From the NCBI GenBank assembly GCA_039630575.1, contig JBCNUW010000004.1, positions 1-64,000 on the forward strand: 64,000 bases of DNA. Direction: 5' to 3'. The translations under genes were made by a program, and so were the position numbers. Source of the DNA: Candidatus Hydrothermales bacterium. Lineage in GTDB: Bacteria > Hydrothermota > Hydrothermia > Hydrothermales > JAJRUZ01. Under the pieces are notes generated by a model that did not search any database, was not told the DNA's origin, and was given only the letters and a program-made list of their open reading frames with translations. Below are positions 55,572 through 64,000 of the stretch, piece by piece (positions within the stretch are counted from its first letter, which is position 1; each line of letters begins with the position of its first letter).

Positions 55572-57917
55572 ATGATAGAGTTAATTTTAATTTCATATAT
55601 AGCCATCGGTAATTATAAGTTTGACCCTCTTTCAACCAATCCAGAAATCCCCGAAGATTTAAAGATTAATAAATCAACTGTTTATATTCTCCTTCTGAAA
55701 TCCCCAATATATGACTTTTATAAACTTCAAATTGAAAAAAAAGGAGCAAGAATTTTACATTATGTTCCATTAAACTCCTTTGCGGTTAGAGTAAAAGATA
55801 CGTTGATACTGAATGAAATTAAAAAACTTGATTTTGTTAAGGGAGTTTATATCTACCAACCTGCCTTTAAAATTTCTTCAAATATTGGAAAAAAAATAAA
55901 CATAAAAGGAAAAAGATATGAAAATCCTTACAAGAATATCTATTATGTACACTTTTTTGAAGATGTAGGCAAAGAAGAAGCAAGAAAAATATTAGAAAAA
56001 TATGGAGCAAAGATCATCTCAGAAATAAAAAGTCTTACACATCCTGTTTTTGTTTTAGAATATAAAGATAGCATAAAAAAACTTGCTTTTGATGAAAACA
56101 TATTCTGGATAGAAGAAAAAAGACCATTTTTCAAGATGAATGACAGAACATACTGGGTTATACAGAACAATGTTCTGAATACTTCACCCATATGGAATAA
56201 GGGAATAAAAGGAGAAAATCAGATAATAAATATAATGGATACAGGTGTTGATACAGCTTCGTGTTTTTTCAGAAATAATAAAATAATTTGGAAAGAAAGC
56301 TATTCAGGTTTTTATACAGATGCCTGTAAAGATGGACATGGTACACATGTGGCTGGAACTATAGCTGGTTATGATGTCTCTAATACACTAAATCAGTTTA
56401 AGGGAATGGCTTATAATGCTAAACTAACAGTTCAGTTTACAGGTGATAACTTTTTTACATGCTGGGTAGGTGCTCTTTATATTCCAGATGATCTTTACAA
56501 TGCTTTTTTAAATGCCTATAATGTGGGCGCAAGAATTTTTTCAAATTCTTGGGGAGGTTTAGACACTACAGTTTATACGACTTTAGATCAACAAGTAGAT
56601 AAGTTTATGTACGATAATAATCACGCTGTTTGCGTGTTTGCAGCTGGAAATTCAGGTGGAAGTGTAGATCAATGGACAGGAGCTGTTCTTGACTCAGTTC
56701 ATTATAGAACTATTGGTACACCAGGTGCAGCAAAAAATGTAGTTACAGTGGGAGCAACACCACCTCCTCCAAAACACGATATATCTGCCTTTTACTCAAG
56801 CAAGGGGCCTACCTTTGATGGAAGAATCAAGCCTGACGTAATGGCTCCAGGCGGAGACTGTGGAACCAGTGCTTTAAATCAAGATCCAAATCTTTATATA
56901 AGGTCAGCCGATAATGATACCCTATCGTATCCTACATGTGATACAGCAAGCTATCCCTTTATGGGAACAAGCATGGCTACACCAGCCGTAGCAGGAGGTA
57001 TAGCTCTTATTAGGCAGTATTTCACTGAGGGATGGTATCCTTCAGGGATTAAGGATCCAAACAATGCCTTTATCCCCTCAGGTGCCCTTCTAAAGGCTAT
57101 GATAATTTCCTCTGCAGAACAAATGAATGGAACAGATCCCTATGGTATAGATTCAAGAGAGGTTCATCCAATACCTGATTCTTCACAGGGTTGGGGAAGG
57201 ATCAAACTTGAAAACTCACTTTATTTCCAAGGTGATATTGATCGTCTATATTTAGATGATAACCTTTCTGGACTTTCAACTGGCTCTTCAAAATCCTATA
57301 TAGTAACTTCAAATGGAGGAAAATTAAAAGTAGTGTTAGTTTGGACTGATTATCCTGCTAATGCTGGTTCAGGGGTCGCACTTGTTAACGATCTAAATCT
57401 AATCGTTCAGGGTCCATCCGGAACATATTATGGAAACAGATTCTATAACGGTGAGTCACAAGTAGGTGGACAGAAAGATAATAGAAATCCAGTTGAGGTA
57501 TTTTATTTATCTAACGCACCTCAAGGAAACTATGTCGTACAGGTTGAGGGAGGAAATGTACCTCATGGACCACAGAAATACGCTATTGTTATTACTGGAA
57601 GATTTTCGAGTGTCTTTATAGAAGAAAAAGTATCAGATAAAACTATAAGTATTAAGGAAACCTATTTAAGAAAACCAATTTATTTACATTCGTCCAATTC
57701 TTATCTGATAAGATTTGGATTAAAAGAAAACACTAAAGTAAAATTATCAATATTTGATATATCAGGAAAAAAAGTAACTGTAATTAAAGAGGGGATTATG
57801 GAAAAGGGAGAATATATCCTCTACTGGAATAAAGAGGAAGTAAAAAGTGGTACATACTTTTTATATTTAGAAACAGGAAAAATAAAATTGAGGGAAAAAT
57901 TTTTAAAACTAAATTGA
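55572..57917 (+). CDS. Secreted S8 subtilase (KP-43/Tag-like) with beta-barrel domain and T9SS/FlgD-like C-terminal domain
   Basis: DTGVD, HGTHVAG, FAAGN, GRIKPD, GTSMATP, PSGALLKA, QGWGR, VLVWTD...VNDLNL; C-terminal 'IFDISGKKV...G.Y...SGTYFL'. Confidence 0.92.
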   Translation: MIELILISYIAIGNYKFDPLSTNPEIPEDLKINKSTVYILLLKSPIYDFYKLQIEKKGARILHYVPLNSFAVRVKDTLILNEIKKLDFVKGVYIYQPAFKISSNIGKKINIKGKRYENPYKNIYYVHFFEDVGKEEARKILEKYGAKIISEIKSLTHPVFVLEYKDSIKKLAFDENIFWIEEKRPFFKMNDRTYWVIQNNVLNTSPIWNKGIKGENQIINIMDTGVDTASCFFRNNKIIWKESYSGFYTDACKDGHGTHVAGTIAGYDVSNTLNQFKGMAYNAKLTVQFTGDNFFTCWVGALYIPDDLYNAFLNAYNVGARIFSNSWGGLDTTVYTTLDQQVDKFMYDNNHAVCVFAAGNSGGSVDQWTGAVLDSVHYRTIGTPGAAKNVVTVGATPPPPKHDISAFYSSKGPTFDGRIKPDVMAPGGDCGTSALNQDPNLYIRSADNDTLSYPTCDTASYPFMGTSMATPAVAGGIALIRQYFTEGWYPSGIKDPNNAFIPSGALLKAMIISSAEQMNGTDPYGIDSREVHPIPDSSQGWGRIKLENSLYFQGDIDRLYLDDNLSGLSTGSSKSYIVTSNGGKLKVVLVWTDYPANAGSGVALVNDLNLIVQGPSGTYYGNRFYNGESQVGGQKDNRNPVEVFYLSNAPQGNYVVQVEGGNVPHGPQKYAIVITGRFSSVFIEEKVSDKTISIKETYLRKPIYLHSSNSYLIRFGLKENTKVKLSIFDISGKKVTVIKEGIMEKGEYILYWNKEEVKSGTYFLYLETGKIKLREKFLKLN

Positions 57918-57930
57918 ATAGGGGGAAAAA

Positions 57931-58683
57931 ATGGCAGGGCATTCTAGATGGGCACAAATTAAACATAAAAAAGCAAAAGCTGATATTCAAAAAGGTAAAA
58001 TTTTTAACAAGCTCATAAGAGAAATACAGATTGCAGCAAAAATAGGAGGTGGGGATCCAGAACATAATTCAAGACTAAGACTTGCAATCGAAAAAGCTAG
58101 AGATCATAATATGCCTTGGGATAATATAGAAAAGGCTATAAAAAGAGGAACAGGTGAAATTGAAGGGCTTAAATATGAAGAAGTTTTTTATGAAGGCTAT
58201 GGTCCGGCAGGAGTTGCTATTTTCATCAAAGCAACAACTGATAACAAAAATAGAACTACTTCTGAAATAAGACACCTCTTTACAAAATACGGTGGAAATC
58301 TCGGAACAACAGGAAGTGTAAGATGGCAATTTGAGGAAAAGGGGGTCATCCACATAAAAAAAGATATTATAGATGAGGAAAAACTAATAGAAATTGCCCT
58401 TGAAGCCGGTGCTGAGGATATAAAATCGGAGGGGGAATACTTCGATATCTACACCTTACCTTCAAAATTCTTAAACGTTAAAACTGAACTACAAAAAAGA
58501 GGGATAGAAGCAGAAGGTTCTGTCAATATGATCCCAAAGAATCAAGTTAAAGTTCAAGGTAAAGAGGCAGAAAAATTAATTGCACTACTAAACTCCCTTG
58601 AAGAGCATGAAGATGTTCAAGAAGTTGTGGCTAATTTTGAAATGAGTGAGGAAGAATTCTCAAAGCTTGTTGGAACAGTATAA
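57931..58683 (+). CDS. yebC: YebC/PmpR family protein
   Basis: MAGHSRWAQIKHKK, YEGYGPAG, TDNKNRT. Confidence 0.95.
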   Translation: MAGHSRWAQIKHKKAKADIQKGKIFNKLIREIQIAAKIGGGDPEHNSRLRLAIEKARDHNMPWDNIEKAIKRGTGEIEGLKYEEVFYEGYGPAGVAIFIKATTDNKNRTTSEIRHLFTKYGGNLGTTGSVRWQFEEKGVIHIKKDIIDEEKLIEIALEAGAEDIKSEGEYFDIYTLPSKFLNVKTELQKRGIEAEGSVNMIPKNQVKVQGKEAEKLIALLNSLEEHEDVQEVVANFEMSEEEFSKLVGTV

Positions 58684-59146
58684 AAAAAATAAAAAAATTT
58701 TCTTTGTTGGAATTGATCCAGGAATAAAATACAGTGGAATAGCTACTATTGATATAAACAAAAAAATTCTAAATCACTCAAAGATAGATTCAAAAAATTT
58801 ATTAAAATTTGCTAATGAGGTCGAAAAGATTTTAAAAAAGTATAAGCCCTTAATGACAGCAGTTGAAAATGTTTTTACGAAAAAAAGCCCAAGAGAAGCC
58901 TTTAAACTTTGTGAAAACCGTGGTGTTGTCATTTTTTTACTTGAAAAAAATAAACTTAATTATATTAACGTCTACACACAAGAATGGAAAAAAGCCCTAA
59001 CTGGTTATGGAAAAGCAAAGAGTTATCAAGTTAAATTTATGCTAAAAAAATTTCTTAAAGGTAGTTTAAAAGATAAAATATCGGAGCATGAGTTAGATGC
59101 TCTCTCTCTTGCTTACTTCGCACTTACAAGATGTTCTATAGAATAA
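58646..59146 (+). CDS. ruvC: Holliday junction resolvase RuvC (exact start uncertain)
   Basis: GIDPG, AVE.VF, WKKALTGYGKA.S.QV, DALSLA. Confidence 0.88.
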   Translation: MRKNSQSLLEQYKKNKKIFFVGIDPGIKYSGIATIDINKKILNHSKIDSKNLLKFANEVEKILKKYKPLMTAVENVFTKKSPREAFKLCENRGVVIFLLEKNKLNYINVYTQEWKKALTGYGKAKSYQVKFMLKKFLKGSLKDKISEHELDALSLAYFALTRCSIE

Positions 59147-59688
59147 AAGGGAAACTAACACTAAAAAGAAATTTCTTTTGTGCAATAGAGAATAACGGTG
59201 TTGAATTTGCAATCACGGTTCCATTAAAAGCTATGGAAAAATTACCTGAGGAAGGTAGTGAAGCAACTTTGTTTATTACATCTATTATTTCGGAGGAAAA
59301 AGTTGACCTTTATGGGTTTACAGATGAAAAAGAAAAGGATATTTTTGAAAAACTCATTTCAATACCAGGTATAGGACCGAAGGTTGCTCTTCAAATCCTT
59401 TCCTATTACACCGCTCATGAGTTTCTTGAAGTTTTAAAAAGAAAAGGGGAAAAAGAAATTTCAAAAATTAAAGGAGTTGGGAAAAAAAGAGCAAATCTAA
59501 TATTACTTGAATTTAAAGATTATTTTTATGAAAAAGAAGTTGAAGGAATTGACATAGAAAAAGTTATATCTGCACTTTGTAAGCTTGGGCTCCAAAGAAA
59601 TAAAGCAAAGGAATTAGCTATAAGAAAAATAAAAGAAAAAAAATTTGAAAAAATTGAAGACTTAATTCAAGAGATTTTGAAAGAATAA
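59131..59688 (+). CDS. ruvA: Holliday junction branch migration protein RuvA
   Basis: LYGF, LISIPGIGPKVA, IKGVGKKRA, AL..LG. Confidence 0.92.
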   Translation: MFYRIKGKLTLKRNFFCAIENNGVEFAITVPLKAMEKLPEEGSEATLFITSIISEEKVDLYGFTDEKEKDIFEKLISIPGIGPKVALQILSYYTAHEFLEVLKRKGEKEISKIKGVGKKRANLILLEFKDYFYEKEVEGIDIEKVISALCKLGLQRNKAKELAIRKIKEKKFEKIEDLIQEILKE

Positions 59689-59705
59689 AAATTGTATAAA
59701 AATAA

Positions 59706-59734
59706 AAGGGGGGACTTTGTACAAATCCCCCCTT
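59706..59734. terminator. Intrinsic (likely bidirectional) terminator between convergent ruvA and porin genes
   Basis: AAGGGGGGA...TCCCCCCTT stem with an inner TTTG/CAAA pair; T-rich tail on the minus strand. Confidence 0.8.
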
Positions 59735-59752
59735 ATGTTTAATTACTCAAAA

Positions 59753-60760
59753 TTACTTAAAATTATAGTGAAAAGTTAAACTCATATACATGTCAGATTT
59801 AGGTTTTATGTTATCTTCCTTGTCGTAGAAAACATACTTAACATTTGGAATAACACTTACATCTTTGTGAGGTTTCATAGCAAAGGCAACAAGCACAAAG
59901 TTTGATGGAGCTTCAGGGCTAAAAGGTGTATAACTTATTTTTTTACCCTCAGGATTTTTCTCAAAGGTTTTATCATATCTTAAAAGAAAATTAAAAGACT
60001 CACTGATGTTAAGCACAAAATAAGAGGAAGCTATCATGAAATTTGTAGTTTTATCGTGATCTTTAAGCTGTGTTTGATTAACGTACTGCAATCCTAATCT
60101 AAACTTTTTGTTTTTGAGTCCAGCAAATCCCTGAATTGTATATTTCTGGTTGTGTCCTAGAGCATCAAACCAATCTCCATAGACTTCGAAAAGAAAATTT
60201 GTTAGATGAAAAGATAAGGACAAGTAAAGAGCCTTCTGCTTGTTGTTTTCAGATCTGATACCCTCGCCGTTACCAAATGTAAAATGATATTTTATTTTTT
60301 TATTCTCTCCAAAACCTCCTTTCAGGCTAAAACCTATATCTCTCGAGGTTCCGATTCTCTGCAAATCAACTGGAGTTTTTTCTACACTTCGGAAACCGTA
60401 ATGATCCTCTATAACTTCCCAAGTAGGCGTAGGGGTAAGACCAAACTGAAATTCAAAAGCTTCTAATTTCCATTTTAAATAGGCATCCTTTATGTAATCT
60501 GTAAGATTTTCCCTTTTCTTATAATCACCTGGACTATTCATTTCAAATCTCAGTCTTGAAGAGAAATTCTCATTTATTTCGTGATCATAGGTGAAATAAA
60601 TTCTTCTAAACCAGAAACCGTTCATACCTTTAATTGAATCGTTGTGATGCTGTGCCACATAGAAGAAATCAAAGTAGCTGTAACCTGATATTTTTCCTTG
60701 AGACATCAAATTTAAAGGGATAAAAGATACCACAAAAAGGGTATAAAATAATCTTTTCAT
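59753..60760 (-). CDS. Outer-membrane porin, probably phosphate-selective
   Basis: Signal peptide, alternating beta strands, FRRIYFTY/IKDAYL motifs, aromatic C-terminus; co-transcribed after pstS. Confidence 0.75.
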   Translation of the reverse strand: MKRLFYTLFVVSFIPLNLMSQGKISGYSYFDFFYVAQHHNDSIKGMNGFWFRRIYFTYDHEINENFSSRLRFEMNSPGDYKKRENLTDYIKDAYLKWKLEAFEFQFGLTPTPTWEVIEDHYGFRSVEKTPVDLQRIGTSRDIGFSLKGGFGENKKIKYHFTFGNGEGIRSENNKQKALYLSLSFHLTNFLFEVYGDWFDALGHNQKYTIQGFAGLKNKKFRLGLQYVNQTQLKDHDKTTNFMIASSYFVLNISESFNFLLRYDKTFEKNPEGKKISYTPFSPEAPSNFVLVAFAMKPHKDVSVIPNVKYVFYDKEDNIKPKSDMYMSLTFHYNFK

Positions 60761-60780
60761 CTTTCACCTCCTTTTTATGC

Positions 60781-61758
60781 TTAGTTTTTTTCGAGCATTT
60801 CTTCAACATTAACTCCAACTTTAGATCCTTTTCCACCAAAAATGGAACCTTTTTTTACTTTCTTAATTCTATCTAGTGCTAATTTATATGCTTTATCTGA
60901 AAGAGGAATATAACCAACCTCTTTTACGATCTTTTTTGCGTTCTTAAGATAAAATTCGAGAAACTTTTTGACTTCCTCTTTTTTTAAAGAATTCACGTTT
61001 ACATATATAAAAAGAGGTCTTGAGAGGGGAAAGTATTTACCCGTCATGATATTTTCAATTGTGGGGGCAATTGGACCTCTTCCATCTTCAGGATCTATCT
61101 TAACTGCTTTAAGCTTATCTTTATTTTCTTCATAGTATGCAAAGCCAAAATATCCAAGAGCTAAAGGGTCACTGCTAACTCCTTGGACTAAAACATTGTC
61201 ATCTTCAGATGCTACAAAATCACCCCTTGAAGAACCTTCTTTACCAACAATTGCTTCTGTAAAATAATCGTAAGTTCCTGAATCTACACCAGGTCCATAA
61301 AGGTTTATATCTTTATCTGGAAAATCATTTCTAACCTGCGACCACTTTTTGACTTTATCTTGAGCTTCTGGTTCCCACAATTTTTTAAGCTCGCTTACCT
61401 TAAGTTCATTACACCATGTGTTAGAAGGATGAACAACAACGGTCAAACCATCATAGGCTATAGGAATTTCAATAAACTCTATTTGATTTTTTTGGGCATT
61501 TTCAATTTCAACCTCTTTTATAGGTCTTGAGGCGTTGTTAATATCAATTTCATTCCTTAAAAATTTTTTGAAACCTCCACCTGTTCCAGAAATTCCAACA
61601 ACTACTTTAATATCTTTGTGTACTTTTTGAAACTCCTCAGCAACAGCCTCTGTTATAGGAAAAACAGTACTGGAGCCATCTATGTAGATCATCTTTTCAG
61701 AAAGCAGAATTCCTTTTATAAGAGCCAATAAAGTGGCTCCTTTTAAAAATTTACTCAT
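60781..61758 (-). CDS. pstS: Phosphate-binding protein PstS
   Basis: [47 protein letters not shown]. Confidence 0.95.
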   Translation of the reverse strand: MSKFLKGATLLALIKGILLSEKMIYIDGSSTVFPITEAVAEEFQKVHKDIKVVVGISGTGGGFKKFLRNEIDINNASRPIKEVEIENAQKNQIEFIEIPIAYDGLTVVVHPSNTWCNELKVSELKKLWEPEAQDKVKKWSQVRNDFPDKDINLYGPGVDSGTYDYFTEAIVGKEGSSRGDFVASEDDNVLVQGVSSDPLALGYFGFAYYEENKDKLKAVKIDPEDGRGPIAPTIENIMTGKYFPLSRPLFIYVNVNSLKKEEVKKFLEFYLKNAKKIVKEVGYIPLSDKAYKLALDRIKKVKKGSIFGGKGSKVGVNVEEMLEKN

Positions 61759-61823
61759 TTATACCTCCTTGATTAACTTTTTAAGGAATTGAACCTTTTA
61801 TTTTTTAATTTTTAATCTCTATG

Positions 61824-61863
61824 AATTAAAAATTCTTTAAGGTAGAGTTAAAAAATTGTTAAA
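61824..61863 (-). promoter_or_regulatory. Putative Pho box (four direct repeats, 11-bp period)
   Basis: Minus strand TTTAACA-attt-TTTAACT-ctac-CTTAAAG-aatt-TTTAATT upstream of pstS. Confidence 0.65.
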
Positions 61864-61871
61864 TATAAATT

Positions 61872-64000
61872 TTATTCAACTAAACTCTCAACGCTTTTTT
61901 CTCCGAAAAGCTCGTTTATTTCATTAAAAAAATCTTCATTAAATGGAACCTTATACAAAAGAGATTTATATAGCCTTTTTTTATCTCCTAAATTTAAAGA
62001 GAAATATAAATCGAATTTCCCCCTATATTTATTTATTGTTTCTTTTAATTTCTTTATTTTATCTTCATTTAAATCTGAGTGATTTAATTTCACCACGATT
62101 CCCTTTAACTTTCTTAAAATTGCTTCCTTAATTGGTAAAATTTCTTTAACTATTACTCTTGAAGAACCTTGTAAAACCTCACCCTCTAAGTAAAAGGGCT
62201 CTAATTTCTTTATAAACTTTTCAACTTTACTTTTTAAATCTTCAAATAAAATGACTTCAAAGGAACCTTCAAAATCTTCAAAATGTAAAATATAATAATT
62301 TTTTCTGTCACTGCTAACCTTTGTTTCAATTTTATTTAAAGCCCCACACATTCTTACATTTTTAAACTCAACATCCTCCTCTAAAAGATCCATCGATGTA
62401 TGAGTTGAAAGAACTTGTACAAAATCTAAATAGGGATCTAAGGGATGGTTTTTAAAATATAAATTAAGAACCTCCCTCTCCCACTCCATAACTTTAATAG
62501 GGTCTCTTTCTTTTAAGTTATCACTTTTCGCGAATTTAAAAAGAGAGGGTGCTTCCTTTGTTTGGAATCTATTTTCAAAGAGATTCATTAATTTTTCTCT
62601 GTCAGGCTCAAACACATCAAAGGCTCCAGCCTTTATTAAAGCTTCGATCACTTTTCTTGTAACCTTTTTTGAACTTGCCCTTTTAACAAAATCATCAAAA
62701 GATAAAAAAGCTCTTTGATTTCTTAATTGAATAATATGCTCACAAGCTTGAATACCAACATTTTTGATTCCTAAAAGTCCATACCTTATTTTATTTTCAT
62801 CTTCAACTTTAAAAAGCTTATCGGATTTCAAAATACAAACAGGTAAGATCTCTACACCATCTTTTTTTGCTAATTGAACAAAATATGAGAGTTTTTCAAT
62901 CTTGTTTATCTCACCATTTAAAAGTGCTGTGTAGAACTCTGTTTTAAAATTTGCCTTCAAGTAAGCAGTAATATACGAGAGAAGAGCATAACCAGTGGAG
63001 TGAGATTTATTAAAAGCATACCTTGCGAAAGAATAGATTTTATAAGCCATATCTCTTGCCATTTCTTCCTGAATACCTCTTTCAACCATACCATCAACAA
63101 ACTCTTTCATAATACTCTCACTCATAAGCTCTTCCTTTTTCTTTCCCATTGCCTTTCTCAATATATCTGCCTTTGCAAAGGAAAAACCAGCTAACTCATG
63201 GGCTATGAGCATAACCTGTTCCTGATAAACAACAAGTCCAAAGGTCTCCTTTAAAATTTTCTCGAGTTTATCATGAGGATAACTAATAGGAACAAGACCT
63301 TTTTTCCTCTTTACATACTCCTCTGTTGTTCCTGCCCCAAGAGGCCCAGGTCTGTATAAAGAAAGTATGGCAATAAGATCCTTAAAATCGTCAGGTTTTA
63401 ATCTCTTTAGTAGCTCCCTCATTCCCCTTGATTCAAGCTGAAAAACTCCCTGTGTTTTACCTTTTGATAGAATCTCAAAAGTTTTTTTATCATCAAGGGG
63501 TAAGTTGTAAGGATCTATGATAATATTTTTTTCGCTTAACATTTTTAACGTTTCCTCGATAACAGTTAAGGTTTTAAGTCCTAAGATATCTATTTTTAAA
63601 AGTCCAACAGATTCAAGAGAATTCATCTCATACTGGGAGCATACTGTTCCTTTAGAATCAGAGTAAAGTGGAACATAATCTGTAATTTCTGAAGGAGCAA
63701 CAACCACACCAGCAGCATGAACTGAAGCATGTCTTGCGAGTCCCTCAGCTTTTTTTGCATATTCAAAAATTTTTCTATAATCTTCATTTTCATCTATCAA
63801 TTTTTTAAAAACTGGATTCTCCGAATATGTTTCTGATAAAGTACTTTCAGTACACTCCCTAGCGAGTCTATCAACATATGAGTAATCGTAACCTAAGACT
63901 CTTCCCATATCCCTTATGGATTGTCTTGCTTTCATTCTTCCAAAGGTAATTATCTGAGAAACATTCTGTTCACCATATTTTCTTTTTATATAGGATATAA
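61872..64000 (-). CDS. dnaE: DNA polymerase III alpha subunit, 5'-partial
   Basis: HAAGVV, GLLKIDILGL, GVFQLES, LYRPGP, YAFNKSH, YLKA; the frame runs off the window end. Confidence 0.97.
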   Translation of the reverse strand, partial: ISYIKRKYGEQNVSQIITFGRMKARQSIRDMGRVLGYDYSYVDRLARECTESTLSETYSENPVFKKLIDENEDYRKIFEYAKKAEGLARHASVHAAGVVVAPSEITDYVPLYSDSKGTVCSQYEMNSLESVGLLKIDILGLKTLTVIEETLKMLSEKNIIIDPYNLPLDDKKTFEILSKGKTQGVFQLESRGMRELLKRLKPDDFKDLIAILSLYRPGPLGAGTTEEYVKRKKGLVPISYPHDKLEKILKETFGLVVYQEQVMLIAHELAGFSFAKADILRKAMGKKKEELMSESIMKEFVDGMVERGIQEEMARDMAYKIYSFARYAFNKSHSTGYALLSYITAYLKANFKTEFYTALLNGEINKIEKLSYFVQLAKKDGVEILPVCILKSDKLFKVEDENKIRYGLLGIKNVGIQACEHIIQLRNQRAFLSFDDFVKRASSKKVTRKVIEALIKAGAFDVFEPDREKLMNLFENRFQTKEAPSLFKFAKSDNLKERDPIKVMEWEREVLNLYFKNHPLDPYLDFVQVLSTHTSMDLLEEDVEFKNVRMCGALNKIETKVSSDRKNYYILHFEDFEGSFEVILFEDLKSKVEKFIKKLEPFYLEGEVLQGSSRVIVKEILPIKEAILRKLKGIVVKLNHSDLNEDKIKKLKETINKYRGKFDLYFSLNLGDKKRLYKSLLYKVPFNEDFFNEINELFGEKSVESLVE

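Noticed and set aside
57931..59688. Missing ruvB after ruvC-ruvA
   Set aside because: ruvB is often unlinked, so absence from this window says nothing.
61872..64000. Intein or split in dnaE
   Set aside because: The visible part reads as a continuous DnaE with no insertion; the 5' part is outside the window.
1..64000. CRISPR arrays, IS elements, prophage genes, rRNA, riboswitches
   Set aside because: No regularly spaced repeats or transposase/integrase/phage motifs were seen, and intergenic gaps are mostly too short for structured leaders.

Overview
A very compact, AT-rich bacterial chromosomal segment (about 60 CDS and 4 tRNAs, almost no intergenic DNA). It comes from a diderm (lpxK, lptF, porin), probably a thermophilic peptide fermenter. 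Lys/Glu/Ile-rich proteins and T9SS/FlgD-like C-terminal domains on secreted proteases suggest a WOR-3/Hydrothermae-like lineage (inference). Most content is housekeeping: dnaX, holB, dnaE (partial), purA-tilS-hpt-ftsH, nusB, queG, mtaB, phoH-7TM-HD-ybeY, yebC-ruvC-ruvA. It also holds two secreted S8 proteases, a 2-oxoacid:ferredoxin oxidoreductase, an arginine synthetase-like gene near OTC, a sat-centred four-gene cluster, a small decayed redox/sulfur islet beside tRNA-Ser(CGA), and a pstS-porin operon with a putative Pho box. No transposase, integrase, CRISPR array or rRNA was seen. Main leads: (1) a lipoprotein plus LysM protein pair whose coiled coils align in register with a shared core Cys, a candidate disulfide-linked outer membrane-peptidoglycan tether; (2) a sharp A/C-rich synonymous skew confined to the first ~650 bp of a MalT-like STAND gene; (3) a sat + alkaline-phosphatase-superfamily + DHS-like + epimerase operon with no APS kinase; (4) signs of leaderless transcription and CTG/ATA start codons. 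All family calls come from motif recognition by eye, not database searches.
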